This document shows positions 39,747 to 50,122 of a DNA stretch of 64,000 nucleotides, piece by piece (the first letter of the stretch is position 1; the number at the start of each line of letters is the position of its first letter). The stretch lies in assembly GCA_963845145.1 (NCBI GenBank), contig CAWJQU010000004.1:416001-480000 (forward strand), in the 5' to 3' direction. Both the position numbers and the translations under genes were made by a program. Below the pieces are notes generated by a model that was not told the origin of the DNA, searched no databases, and saw only the letters and a list, made by a program, of their open reading frames with translations. This stretch comes from an uncultured delta proteobacterium (GTDB lineage Bacteria > Desulfobacterota > Desulfobacteria > Desulfobacterales > QNYZ01).

Positions 39747-40253
39747 TCAGTCAATGAGAACCATACTATACCACGCCGGCAGCATTTTTCCATCCGGATC
39801 CAGCGCTACTTCAAAACCCAAAGGCGCTACCGTTTTTCCGATATCGATACCATAAGCATCCATGGAGGGTCGTGCCAGGTGGGGATATTTGCACGGGTCC
39901 GGATAGGCGCATTCTTCGCACTGGACGCAAAGCACCATGGCAAAGGCAAAAGAGCACCCCATGGTGAGCATGGCCTCTTTTTCCACTTCAAGGGTGACTT
40001 TCTGGCCCACCTGGGGATCCGTCGTCTTGATGATGACGGCCGAGTGGTATTGGGCAAAGGCGTCCATGAATTGCTCTGGGGAGATATCGAGATTGGGGGG
40101 GCAGGTCCAGTACTTTCCCCAGCGATTGCAGCCAAATCGGCATTTCAGATAGGCGCGGGAATCAAAGACGATCTCATCGGCATTTAAAATCTTGGCTTCG
40201 GATGCGCCGAGGGCAACGGCTTTTTCCGCCAGATAATCGATTTTTTTTTCCAT
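39747..40253 (-). CDS. DUF2284 Cys-rich protein
   Basis: KCRFGC...WTCPP...CVQCEEC...RPSMDAYGID. Confidence 0.85.
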   Translation of the reverse strand: MEKKIDYLAEKAVALGASEAKILNADEIVFDSRAYLKCRFGCNRWGKYWTCPPNLDISPEQFMDAFAQYHSAVIIKTTDPQVGQKVTLEVEKEAMLTMGCSFAFAMVLCVQCEECAYPDPCKYPHLARPSMDAYGIDIGKTVAPLGFEVALDPDGKMLPAWYSMVLID

Positions 40254-40289
40254 GGGTATTTATCCTTCTAAAGTTTTTTGAATTCTATT

Positions 40290-42608
40290 CTATAATGTTA
40301 GTCGCTTATAGAGTGCCGGGAGCATGGCGGGTAGCGATTCCGCCTTGGGCAGAACGATACTCTGGGTTTCAGAAGAGATCATGCGTAAATACTCCGCCCC
40401 TTTCTGATCCGAGGTGATGATAAAAGGATGTATTTGAGAGCGCCGGGCTTCCTGTATTGCTTTGCCGGTATCGGCGATGGCGTAATTTAAATTACCGTAT
40501 TCCAGGTCATAAGGACGACCATCGGTTAAAATCACCAGCAATTTAATGGCCGCCGACACCTCATCGAGTTTATGGATGGCATGCCGAATTACCGTACCCA
40601 TGCGGGTTAAACCCAAGGGTTCCAGGTTCCCCAGGCGGTATTGAACCGCCTGTTCGTAGGGTTCGCCAAAATCTTTGACACTGAACAGATCCACGCGAAA
40701 GCGCCCTTCGGAGCTGAATCCGTAAACAGCATAGGCATCTCCCAGTGAATCGAGGGCTTCGGCCATTAAGGCCATGGCTTCTTTTTGAATATCGACGATC
40801 CGTTTTCCACCCACTTCTTCTTCTGTAGATCCACTTAAATCGATTAAAAATAAGACGGCCACATCCCGGATGCGCTTGTCCCGCCGGACATAGACATTTT
40901 CGGAAAGAGACGATCCGGTCCGTTTATCTATCAGGGTTTCAATCAAGGCATCGATATCCAGTGCATCGCCATAGGCTTGGGCCCGATATTTTTTAAACCG
41001 TTCGGGTTTTAGTTTGACAAATTGACGTCGCAGCAGGCTGATAATGCCCCGCCGTTTTTCACGTAGCACTTCAACAAAATCGTTGGGGTCATCCGCGGCA
41101 GGCCGTTGCCTTACCAGGCACCAATCCAGCTTGTAGTCAGAAAGGGTGTGGTCCCACTCTTTGTAGAAAAACGTTTTGACATGTGCATCCAGCTCTTCGG
41201 CCTCCGGCGAGTCAAAGTCCATATTGTCCAACATTTCCCGAAACATCTCCCACAAAACGTCCCCGTCGCGTTCACCTTCGGCCATCATACTGGCCAAAAG
41301 GGCCTCAACCATTTCGGGGGGTAAATCTTCACCATAGGCCTCGATGGCTTTTTCCTTGATTTGGTCAATGGTATCATTGGTCTGGCCGATCAGGTCAGGG
41401 AAAATATCTCCCCACCAGGGAAACGGGGCCGTGATTTTTTTCTTAGGCGATCGGGGGTACGCGGTGGGCAGTTCACCGCCCATGACCTTTTCCATGGCCT
41501 TGTGTAGCCCGGGCAGACGTTCCAAAAGACGTCGATCCGCATCCAGATGAATGGGCACCTGTTCGAATAAAATCCTGCCGGCGTCTTCCAGATATTGACT
41601 TCGATTGAGCAGCATGGCCTGATGCAGGGCCATGAGCTTCATTAACTCAAAACTGGGCACGGTATCGGGCAGGAAAATGGTATGCCCGTCCGTTGCGGCG
41701 CCACCGGTGAACCCCTTATGGCCGACCAGTGCAATGTTGGAACGGATTTTGGCCGGACGTCCCAGGGCCGCCTCGCAGATCAGTCCCAGGGTGTGGGTGC
41801 GATCCTTTAAGGCCACGCCGGTGGCCAGGTCGTCGCGGTGTTCGAATGCCTTTAAAGAGGTTCCACCAAAATAGTTGACCAGCTCTTTGTCGGACTGATT
41901 TGCGTCAAGACCCTGGGTCACCCATTGATGGGTTTCGTCATCAGTGAGCAACAGGCACATGCGATTGCCGGCTTGAATAAATGCTTCGGCTGCTCCGGGA
42001 GATTTTGTGGAAATCCGCACGGCCTCTTCGAGAAAAAATTGCCACCGGGATAGGGTGTAACCGCACTGGCAGGAACCGGCTTGAATAAGATAAGCGTTGA
42101 CGGCTTTCCAGATTTTTCTGTCTGCGTTTGCGGTAACGAGAATCGACCACGCCTGTTGGCCCCAAACCAGCATGTCGTCCTTGCCCCGATGTTCCATAGC
42201 CGCCGGGGTCTCTTTGATGAAGGTGATTGATACGTCAATGTCTTGCCTGGCCAAGTCGAGGATGAGTTGGCTCCAGGTTGAGATAATCTTCTGATCCTGG
42301 GGCAGTTTCTTAAAGGTATCAAAATAGGGGAGGACCAGGGCCCAGTTCAACCGGCAAAATTTGATGGCCGTCTCTAGTATGGTTTCGCCCAGCGGCATTT
42401 GATCGATGGCCGTAATTTGTTTTTGGGCCTGACTTAGAAAAATGGCTGACGTGCGGGGCCTTAGGTGGGACACCGCATTTTGGAAATGTTCCAGTGTTTC
42501 GCGGGCCATATTGAGGGATTGCCTGGCTCTATGTGGTTTGGCATCGGAATCGGAAGGGGTGCCTCCGGATGGTAACGAAGACGGGGTGCGATGGTTTGGG
42601 GTATCCAT
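40290..42608 (-). CDS. NorD/CbbO-type VWA domain protein
   Basis: YKEWD, DLSGS MIDAS, TRMG, TDGRP. Confidence 0.85.
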   Translation of the reverse strand: MDTPNHRTPSSLPSGGTPSDSDAKPHRARQSLNMARETLEHFQNAVSHLRPRTSAIFLSQAQKQITAIDQMPLGETILETAIKFCRLNWALVLPYFDTFKKLPQDQKIISTWSQLILDLARQDIDVSITFIKETPAAMEHRGKDDMLVWGQQAWSILVTANADRKIWKAVNAYLIQAGSCQCGYTLSRWQFFLEEAVRISTKSPGAAEAFIQAGNRMCLLLTDDETHQWVTQGLDANQSDKELVNYFGGTSLKAFEHRDDLATGVALKDRTHTLGLICEAALGRPAKIRSNIALVGHKGFTGGAATDGHTIFLPDTVPSFELMKLMALHQAMLLNRSQYLEDAGRILFEQVPIHLDADRRLLERLPGLHKAMEKVMGGELPTAYPRSPKKKITAPFPWWGDIFPDLIGQTNDTIDQIKEKAIEAYGEDLPPEMVEALLASMMAEGERDGDVLWEMFREMLDNMDFDSPEAEELDAHVKTFFYKEWDHTLSDYKLDWCLVRQRPAADDPNDFVEVLREKRRGIISLLRRQFVKLKPERFKKYRAQAYGDALDIDALIETLIDKRTGSSLSENVYVRRDKRIRDVAVLFLIDLSGSTEEEVGGKRIVDIQKEAMALMAEALDSLGDAYAVYGFSSEGRFRVDLFSVKDFGEPYEQAVQYRLGNLEPLGLTRMGTVIRHAIHKLDEVSAAIKLLVILTDGRPYDLEYGNLNYAIADTGKAIQEARRSQIHPFIITSDQKGAEYLRMISSETQSIVLPKAESLPAMLPALYKRLTL

Positions 42609-42619
42609 GAATAGTACCG

Positions 42620-43444
42620 TTAAAAAATGCCCGTAACGATTTCAGCGATGGCTTCCCGCATATCGGCATCATCGGACATGGAGCGAGTGACGGCCGCCTC
42701 GCACGCTGTCGTTGCCGACAGGCCATCGATCATCAGCTTTCCGGCATAGACCAGCAGGCGGGTGCTGACGCCTTCTTCCAATCCATGCTGACGCAGGTTT
42801 CGGACCATTTCGCCCAGGCGAACCAGTTTGCCGGCCGTATCTTCATCCACACCGGCCTCTTTCATGATAATGGCCTGCTCGTCTTCGGCCCGGGGGTAGT
42901 CGAATTCAATACCCACAAAGCGCTGGCGGGTGGAGTGCTTCAGATCCTTGGTCACACTTTGGTAGCCCGGATTGTAGGAGATTACCAGTAGAAAGTCGGA
43001 ATGGGATTCCAGCAGCAGGCCCCGTTTCTCCTGGGGCAGTACCCGGCGGTCGTCGGTTAAGGGGTGGATCACGACGGTCGTATCCTTGCGGGCTTCTACC
43101 ACTTCGTCCAGGTAGCAGATGGCCCCGTGCTTGACGGCCAGACTTAAAGGGCCATCCTGCCAGGGGGTTTCTTCGCCCTTCAATAGGTATCTTCCGACCA
43201 GGTCACTGGCGGTGAGGTCTTCGTGACAGGCAACGGTCACCAGCGGGCGGGCCAGTTTCCAGGCCATATGTTCTAAAAATCGAGTTTTACCGCAACCCGT
43301 GGGGCCTTTCAGCATGACAGGTAGTTTGAGCCGGGCCGCGGATTCAAAAACTTCTAATTCGTCACCAGTGGGAAGGTAGTAGGGTTCCGAGGTGATGTGG
43401 TAGCTTTCAATGGCGATGCCGTTGGGTTTAGGAGGATACGCCAT
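42620..43444 (-). CDS. CbbQ/NirQ/NorQ MoxR-family AAA+ ATPase
   Basis: [30 protein letters not shown]. Confidence 0.92.
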   Translation of the reverse strand: MAYPPKPNGIAIESYHITSEPYYLPTGDELEVFESAARLKLPVMLKGPTGCGKTRFLEHMAWKLARPLVTVACHEDLTASDLVGRYLLKGEETPWQDGPLSLAVKHGAICYLDEVVEARKDTTVVIHPLTDDRRVLPQEKRGLLLESHSDFLLVISYNPGYQSVTKDLKHSTRQRFVGIEFDYPRAEDEQAIIMKEAGVDEDTAGKLVRLGEMVRNLRQHGLEEGVSTRLLVYAGKLMIDGLSATTACEAAVTRSMSDDADMREAIAEIVTGIF

Positions 43445-43621
43445 CGGGGGTTGCAGGGGTTTGCATGCCAGTCTCCATCTAACTTATTTTCGCATCCATA
43501 TTTTTATGTTTGGTTTAGAGTCCTTACAAAACTAACAGGATTGACCAAACGATGCTATAGGAAACTTGATCGCTGTCAATCCTGTAAGTGTTTTTAACGG
43601 ACGGCCTTAAATATACGGGGG

Positions 43622-44662
43622 TTAATACTTACCGTATAACTCCGCCGCCTCCATCATCGCAAAGGCGTTCATCAATGACCCGTTGGGCGGAAATTCGCAT
43701 CCAGTGGCCAGAATAAAACGCCCCCCTTCGGCAAGCTCCGCGATCTCTTTTTTGCACTCCTGTTTCATCTCTTCAGGGGTCCCCAGAAAGGCGTACTGGG
43801 CCGGGCTGGCGTATCCGATGATTGTGGTTTTGTCACCCCATTTTTTCTTTGTCTCCACCCAGTCGGCGCAATCATCGGGCGGGTAGGCACAGGAAATGGC
43901 GATGGGGTCCATCATCTCGATCTGCACGTCAAAGTAGATCCCATTGCCGCAGTTGTGGACGATAACCATCATACCGTTGTCCCGGCAGGCATCGGCCAGC
44001 ACTTTCGTAAAGGGACCCTCGATCTCTTTCCACATCTCTTTTCGCATGATGGTCTGGGAGGCGAAAAGGGTATCCAGAACAATGGCGTGGCACCCAGTTT
44101 TACCAATAGCCTTGATGTAGTCCACCAGCACATCGGTGATGACTTTCTCGGCCTGGATCACTGCTTCTTTATTTTTATAACAGTCTCTGAACAGGTTCTC
44201 CGCACCCCGCATCATGGCCAAAATCCCCAGTGGCCCGTAGACGAACCCCATGATAGCAGTACTGGCGGCTTTTTCGTTGCACAGGATGTCGTAATATTTC
44301 AGGGATTCTTTCATTCGCGGCGCCTTGGTGGGATCCAGTGCCTCAATTTTAAAATAGTCATCCGGTGTGGCGATAAAGGGGTTGTCGTAATTGGGATGAG
44401 CGGTGTCCTCAATGGGATACACCATTTCTTGTCCAAAATCAGCAGCCTCGACCGAGAGGTCCACCAATCCCAAAATTCCGTCATAGCCGATCAGGTCGTG
44501 GGCCTGAATCTGGGATTTAGCCATGATTTCCCCATCCTGCGACCATTCCTCATAAGTGACACCGTAGACTCTTCGGGAGGCGCCGCATACCAGCGGACCT
44601 GCAGGCACCCGATCCGGAATACCACCTTGGAGTACCGTACCGATTCTTTCTAATCCGTTCAT
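43622..44662 (-). CDS. MtaA/CmuA (UroD-fold) methyltransferase
   Basis: DLSVEAA, VHNCG, TGCEFP; ATG 44662 with AGGAG RBS. Confidence 0.88.
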   Translation of the reverse strand: MNGLERIGTVLQGGIPDRVPAGPLVCGASRRVYGVTYEEWSQDGEIMAKSQIQAHDLIGYDGILGLVDLSVEAADFGQEMVYPIEDTAHPNYDNPFIATPDDYFKIEALDPTKAPRMKESLKYYDILCNEKAASTAIMGFVYGPLGILAMMRGAENLFRDCYKNKEAVIQAEKVITDVLVDYIKAIGKTGCHAIVLDTLFASQTIMRKEMWKEIEGPFTKVLADACRDNGMMVIVHNCGNGIYFDVQIEMMDPIAISCAYPPDDCADWVETKKKWGDKTTIIGYASPAQYAFLGTPEEMKQECKKEIAELAEGGRFILATGCEFPPNGSLMNAFAMMEAAELYGKY

Positions 44663-44737
44663 GGGATGTCTCCTTTCTTGTTTTGGAAGGTTAATATGAG
44701 ATTTAAGCAATTTTGCGACGCGATTTGGCGCCATCTA

Positions 44738-45325
44738 TCAGCCAATGAGGTTTACCACCTCCTCTACATTAATACCCTCTTTAGTGCTCAAAGGTATAAG
44801 CGGATCACAATACGCTTTTAACTGGGATTTTATGGTTTCAAACTCTTCTGCCTCAATTAAATCCACGCGGCTAACGGCAACTAGGTCAGCATCGGCCACT
44901 TGCCCGAGCAGCAAGTTCTGCCGTTCGTTCCATAAAAACCCGAACATCGGGCCGTCCACCAGCGTAATAAACGGACCGGAAACATAGCGAATATCCCTCA
45001 GGCCCATGGCCATGACGTCACGCAGTTCCCGGGTTACCACCATTTCGGAAGGTTCAATAAAGAGCAGGTCCGGATCGAATTCGCGTTTTATCTTTTTTTT
45101 CAGGTCAACCAAACTGGAGGCCAATGAACAGCCCACTCAGCCGCCGCGGATATACTCTACGGCAAGCTCATGGGTGGCGTTAAAATCATCGTCATATGCC
45201 ACCTTCCCGTCCTGGTTAACGATGACGGCCGACCGTTTTTCAGCCGCCTTAAACTGAGGTACCAGTTTTCGAATCAAGGTGGTCTTTCCACTGCCTTGAG
45301 CACCCGATATGCTGACGACTTGCAT
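44738..45325 (-). CDS. CobW/COG0523-like GTPase, selenocysteine-containing
   Basis: GAQGSGKTT...IRGG-TGA(45139-45137)-VGCSL continues in frame; the neighbouring paralog has GGGCICCEV. Confidence 0.82.
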
Positions 45326-45850
45326 CTATTCCTCCGCCTCAGAATCCGAATGGTCTTCGGAATCAAATTGTTCTTTTAGTTGTTTAATGAAGTCCTGCTT
45401 GGACGCAACAAAATCGAACTCGTCAAAGTAAGTATGCTCCTTCTCTTTGATCACAGAGAGCCCGCGTTGATCCGCGACTTCATGCATTCCCTCCAAGGTT
45501 GCCGCTTTAACCGCCGCTTCAGGAATGCCCTGGATGATACTGTTGATGGCGATGTAAAGGTCTTTTACCGAATCCGTGATATGCCCGGTAGAAAACGACC
45601 CATGGGAAACCCCTATGGTATCCGCTTTGATGGTTCCGGCTTCAGTGCGAAGATGGGACTTGATGTGGCCGATACAACGGGCACCGAGCTCCATGCATTT
45701 ATCGGCGATGGCCAGCATCATCTTTTCGGCCATGTTTTTGATAAACGCCTCGTTCATGGGTTCTTTGCGGCTTAATTTGGCGGCCACCCCGTACCCGCTG
45801 ACACCATGTTCGGTATAACAACCGGGCTCGTTGTCTATTTTCGCGTCCAT
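45326..45850 (-). CDS. Conserved hypothetical protein (IGHIK motif, CobW-associated)
   Basis: Lies between two CobW genes; start ATG 45850. Confidence 0.6.
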   Translation of the reverse strand: MDAKIDNEPGCYTEHGVSGYGVAAKLSRKEPMNEAFIKNMAEKMMLAIADKCMELGARCIGHIKSHLRTEAGTIKADTIGVSHGSFSTGHITDSVKDLYIAINSIIQGIPEAAVKAATLEGMHEVADQRGLSVIKEKEHTYFDEFDFVASKQDFIKQLKEQFDSEDHSDSEAEE

Positions 45851-45854
45851 CGCT

Positions 45855-46469
45855 TTACTCCTTCCAGTTGACGATTCGATCAACCAGTTGATCCACGCCC
45901 AATCCGGAAAAGGAAGAGAGATTGATAATTTCGGCCTGGGCATTATGATCCCGCACCCTTTTTGAGGAGTCGGCGACATCGGCTTCTTCAACGGAATCCA
46001 CCTTACTGATGGCTAAGATGTCGGCATCTTTAATCTGGGTGGTTACCAGTTGTCCCAGCATATCCATATCCAACAGCTCCGCCGGGCGAGTGGCGTCAAA
46101 CAGTACGATGGCCGGGCCCAGGTGGATCTTGGCGTCGCGCCCGCCCATTCTGGCTGCCAGCTTTACCTGACTGGGAACGGCCACACCAGTAGGTTCCACC
46201 AGAACGTGATCCGGCGAAAAATCCTTATAAAGCCGGTAGATGGTTTTGGCGAAAGTTGCAGCCACTTCGCAGCAAATACACCCACCACCGATATCCTTGA
46301 CCTGCATCCCGCTCTCTTCGATCACTTTGCCGTCGACCGGAATTTCGCCGATTTCATTGACGACAAGGGCGACTTTGCGTTCATTGTCACCGGCCAGTTG
46401 TCGGGACAGTTTGAGCAAGAGGGTTGTTTTTCCACAGCCTAAAAACCCGGCTACTTGGGTGATTTTCAT
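45855..46469 (-). CDS. CobW/COG0523 GTPase (nucleotide-binding domain only)
   Basis: GFLGCGKTT, NEIG, GGCICC, EPTG, SKVD. Confidence 0.88.
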   Translation of the reverse strand: MKITQVAGFLGCGKTTLLLKLSRQLAGDNERKVALVVNEIGEIPVDGKVIEESGMQVKDIGGGCICCEVAATFAKTIYRLYKDFSPDHVLVEPTGVAVPSQVKLAARMGGRDAKIHLGPAIVLFDATRPAELLDMDMLGQLVTTQIKDADILAISKVDSVEEADVADSSKRVRDHNAQAEIINLSSFSGLGVDQLVDRIVNWKE

Positions 46470-46628
46470 TGGGCCTCCCAAAAGTGAGAATTGTTGACGC
46501 GAAGGCGTTGGTAATTCATTGATGCCATCGGTATTAGCCTTAAAGATAAGATGACTGAAGGGGTGAATCTGATTTATTTTATAGTATTGGTTTGGTGGGC
46601 CTGTAAAGGTAATGGAATAGGTAAAAAA

Positions 46629-46648
46629 CGGGTAATTTTTAATACCCG
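46629..46648. promoter_or_regulatory. Inverted repeat CGGGTA-N8-TACCCG
   Basis: Upstream of the CobW/MT2 operon; same GGTA-N8-TACC core at 53936-53951. Confidence 0.5.
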
Positions 46649-46706
46649 AAACAGTTTCATTGTCTCTATTCTGCTGAAAACGTCAAAAGGGAAAATCAGG
46701 CTGGAC

Positions 46707-47504
46707 TCAGGTTAGCAAGTGTGTTTTGAGCTTTTTAAACATCGCAACCAACTGGTCGGAAAAAGACATCTGTTCAAAACGATGGGAGATTTCGGCCAAC
46801 TCCTCTATCAAGTTCCTGTCTTCAGGTAAAAAATAATCATGGCAGGACCACCAGAAAGAATTGAGCGTCACGAATTCGCCCTGGCGAGCTAAAAGTGCCA
46901 CGGACGTATGTTGCCTCAGCTTTTTACATAGAAATATCGAGCGGGTCCAATGATGGGGTACGAGATTTTTATAATTCTTCTCATCCTCTTCTGATGGCGC
47001 AATTCTAAAATAAAAATAGTAGAGTAAGGACTGATCGTGGGCCATATCCAGAATTAGCTTGACCGCCATGACCTGTTGCAGGCTTATCTCAAGCTGAAAT
47101 ACCAGATACCGCATCACTTGGGTGGCCATGCCGCTGACATTGATTAACGGCAGGATCTCCCGCTTGAAATTAAACCGGCCTTCGGTTGGACGACATTTAA
47201 TGACCTGGACGGCCAAGGCCAGGTCAAGCCAACCTTGCAACGCCAGGGCGGGTATATCGATTAGACTCGGCTGATAGAGATGGAGGGTCAATGGTGAAAT
47301 ATCGTTTTTATTCTGCGGATGGGACAGAATCGGTTCACCCTTGTTTCCCGGAAAATCGGCAAGGTTTTCGTGAATAATATAATGAACGGCTAATGGATGT
47401 TCGGGGGCCATCTTGTTTTGAAATTCCATTATAAAATGCGATGTATATCGGGACAATGCATCCGCGCTTGTGATCGTGATATCTGGATTAACGCTTGTTG
47501 ACAT
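46707..47504 (-). CDS. Hypothetical protein
   Basis: 265-aa ORF following the LuxR gene; no recognised motif. Confidence 0.55.
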   Translation of the reverse strand: MSTSVNPDITITSADALSRYTSHFIMEFQNKMAPEHPLAVHYIIHENLADFPGNKGEPILSHPQNKNDISPLTLHLYQPSLIDIPALALQGWLDLALAVQVIKCRPTEGRFNFKREILPLINVSGMATQVMRYLVFQLEISLQQVMAVKLILDMAHDQSLLYYFYFRIAPSEEDEKNYKNLVPHHWTRSIFLCKKLRQHTSVALLARQGEFVTLNSFWWSCHDYFLPEDRNLIEELAEISHRFEQMSFSDQLVAMFKKLKTHLLT

Positions 47505-47538
47505 CTTGATTTATCCCGATTGATTTATCCCAAAAGGT

Positions 47539-48414
47539 TCATTGGGCGCTTCCTTGATCCGCCTCACGCGAAAAGAAAGATTTGTCGGAAAGCAATGCGT
47601 ACAGGTTCACTTTTTTTCCCCGAAGCCCCAGTTTTCGGCGAATGTTTTTTCGATGGGTCTGAATGGTTTCAAAAGAACTGTTGAGCATGTGGGCGATCTC
47701 TTTGCCTGTGTGACCGGATTGAATCAATACACAGATTTTCATTTCGGTACGGGTCAATAACAAAAATCGGGCATCCAGCTCTACCCCGAAACCTTTGGTT
47801 AATCCGATCAGCTGTTCTCGCATGATTTCCAAAAAGGTGTTTCTTAGATTGACCGAGGGCTCGCGTCTAATTTTTTCCAATGTCGGCAAGAGTAGCGTTT
47901 CGATTTTGTAGGAAATATTTCTTTCCATTCCGTCTTTTTCGCGACTAAACGCTTTCATCAGGGTCCGCATGGTGACATACATCTCCCTGCGGTTGGCTTT
48001 TTCCTGACGAACCTGGTCCCTGAGCATTTTATAATCGGTCAAATCCCGGATGTTGATGCAGTAAAGCTTTCGTTGGCGCCAGCGAATTTTTTTAATCGTC
48101 ATATCGACCGGAAATGGTTGGCCGGAGATACCCAGACAATTTTGTTCGCCCGCCCAATTATCGGTCTTTTTCAGGCCTGCCATGGTTTGATCAAATCGGG
48201 GCCGGTCTGCCGGTGCGAGCAAGTTGCGAAATGTCGCTCCTGATTGGTGAACCATCGCAGCACCGAAAAGCTCCCCGGCATGATCATTGGTCATAAGGAT
48301 TTTTAAATGGCTATCGACAAAAAAAAGAGCGTCGCCCGTATCGGGAAAGACGGATCGGTAAAAAATCTCAAAGGATTCATATATCTGCCCGAGGTCCTGC
48401 ATACTCGATCCCAA
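47539..48414 (-). CDS. PAS-LuxR HTH transcriptional regulator
   Basis: PAS domain followed by LTRTEMKIC...ETIQTHRKNIRRKLGL. Confidence 0.88.
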   Translation of the reverse strand: MGSSMQDLGQIYESFEIFYRSVFPDTGDALFFVDSHLKILMTNDHAGELFGAAMVHQSGATFRNLLAPADRPRFDQTMAGLKKTDNWAGEQNCLGISGQPFPVDMTIKKIRWRQRKLYCINIRDLTDYKMLRDQVRQEKANRREMYVTMRTLMKAFSREKDGMERNISYKIETLLLPTLEKIRREPSVNLRNTFLEIMREQLIGLTKGFGVELDARFLLLTRTEMKICVLIQSGHTGKEIAHMLNSSFETIQTHRKNIRRKLGLRGKKVNLYALLSDKSFFSREADQGSAQ

Positions 48415-48426
48415 ATCGGGTCGCCT

Positions 48427-50052
48427 CTAACCTGTCCGGCGGCGAGACGAAGGTTTCAGTTTCAAGGTCTGGATAGCTTCTTCAATGGTCACGGGTATGT
48501 CATGATCGTCGCCGGATTCGGAAAACAGCTCCTGAAATAGGCGGGTGAGAATCGGTGGCTCCAACCTGGCTGTCTCCAGTAGGGCTCTGTCAGTCAATAT
48601 CTCGCGAACGGACCCATCGGCAATGATTCGGCCCTGATTGAGAATGACGATCCGCTTGGCGATGGCGGCCGCTACATTAATATCATGGGTGACCATGACC
48701 AGGGTATAGCCATGGTGGCTGTTTAAATGCTTTATCAGGTCGACGAGGTGGTTGGCCGAGGCCGGATCGAGGCTGGCCGTGGGTTCATCCAAAAGAATCA
48801 ACGGCGGCCGCATGGCAATCAGTCCGGCCAACCCCACCCGTTTCATCTCCCCATGACTCAGCCGATGAATGGGGCGGTGGGCCAGATGCGACACTTCCAT
48901 CAATTCCATGGCCGTTTCCACCAGGCGGTCTGCTTCCTCGGCTTCCAGACCCAGATTTTTGGGGCCATAGGCAACATCTTCACGCACATGGGTGCAGAAC
49001 AACTGGTCATTGGGATCCTGGAACATGAAACCCACCTGATGAAAGGCTTCTTTACGGTTTTTACGGTCCAGCGTTCGGCCAAAAAGTTTCACTTCACCGC
49101 TGTCCGGACGCAAAATCCCGGCAAACAATTTCAAAAGGGTGGTTTTACCGGCCCCGTTGGGGCCACACAATACCACCACTTCCCCCCTGGATATGGTCAG
49201 CGAGATCTCTTTTAACGCCCGATCGCCTTTATATGAATGACATACCTGGTCGCAGGAAATTACCGGAACCTCTTTTTCGGTATACAGCGGGGTGACATCG
49301 CATTGATTGGGGCAGGATTGGGTGGATTGCGGTTTTTCCATGGGCACTTCCTCAGCGACGGCATTTTCACCTCGGGCCGTCATGGCCTCTTGAATTCTCA
49401 AGGTCCGGTCATAGGCCCTGAGAATGATTTGGGCGAGAATCATGGCGAGGGTGCGGCAGGCCATGCCATAGGTTTGAAGCCCGCCTTTGATTCGAGCGAC
49501 ATCCCGCATTTTGAAAAATTCATCAAACAATAAAAACGCGTAGCGATAGGAAGTGGCCATGACTTCGATGAGAATGGTCGGTACGCGAAACCATTTAAGC
49601 GCTTCCAGCACACGATCAAATGGGGTTGTTAAAAAAACGGCGGCCAGCCAAGCCATATCACAGGCAACCCGTGCCGCAGCGGAAAGGCCCAGAAGGATGC
49701 CCTCCCGGTAAATATTTACGGCCCCCAGGGACCACACCGGCGTTGTGCCGAAACCGACGGAGAATCCGAAAAATACAATCAGTGTGGCCCACGCCGGGGC
49801 GATAAAAAAGAGTGCAAAATGGCCCGGAGAGATACGGGACCACAAGGCCAAAAAGAGGCTTAAAAATAAGAGAGTCAAGGAGAGCCACAGTTGGGCGATC
49901 ACCACATTCAGGGCCACCGCCGTCACCAACATGGCCAGTTTCAGCCTGGGGTCCAGTCGGTGCAGCCCCCGATCGGCACTCTGATCCCGATACCCGTTGG
50001 CTAGGGAATCTGTATCGATGTGAATACCATGCAGAAAATCGTTACGATTCAT
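48427..50052 (-). CDS. Fused CbiQ (ECF T) and CbiO (ATPase) cobalt transporter component
   Basis: LDPRLKL/SYRY/ARG T-component, then GPNGAGKTT, FQDPNDQLF, LSHGE, LLDEPT. Confidence 0.88.
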   Translation of the reverse strand: MNRNDFLHGIHIDTDSLANGYRDQSADRGLHRLDPRLKLAMLVTAVALNVVIAQLWLSLTLLFLSLFLALWSRISPGHFALFFIAPAWATLIVFFGFSVGFGTTPVWSLGAVNIYREGILLGLSAAARVACDMAWLAAVFLTTPFDRVLEALKWFRVPTILIEVMATSYRYAFLLFDEFFKMRDVARIKGGLQTYGMACRTLAMILAQIILRAYDRTLRIQEAMTARGENAVAEEVPMEKPQSTQSCPNQCDVTPLYTEKEVPVISCDQVCHSYKGDRALKEISLTISRGEVVVLCGPNGAGKTTLLKLFAGILRPDSGEVKLFGRTLDRKNRKEAFHQVGFMFQDPNDQLFCTHVREDVAYGPKNLGLEAEEADRLVETAMELMEVSHLAHRPIHRLSHGEMKRVGLAGLIAMRPPLILLDEPTASLDPASANHLVDLIKHLNSHHGYTLVMVTHDINVAAAIAKRIVILNQGRIIADGSVREILTDRALLETARLEPPILTRLFQELFSESGDDHDIPVTIEEAIQTLKLKPSSRRRTG

Positions 50053-50071
50053 ATTAGAGCCATTTTATCCA

Positions 50072-50122
50072 ATGACGCCCCAGGTTGATGATGCCCCAGG
50101 TTGATGACGCACGTGGTTGATG
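50072..50122. repeat. Short tandem repeat (~16 bp x3)
   Basis: ATGACGCCCCAGGTTG / ATGATGCCCCAGGTTG / ATGACGCACGTGGTTG. Confidence 0.6.

Noticed and set aside
11995..44662. Uroporphyrinogen decarboxylase (hemE) calls
   Set aside because: No RQAGR motif; Zn-type HxC/GC motifs and corrinoid context indicate MT2 methyltransferases
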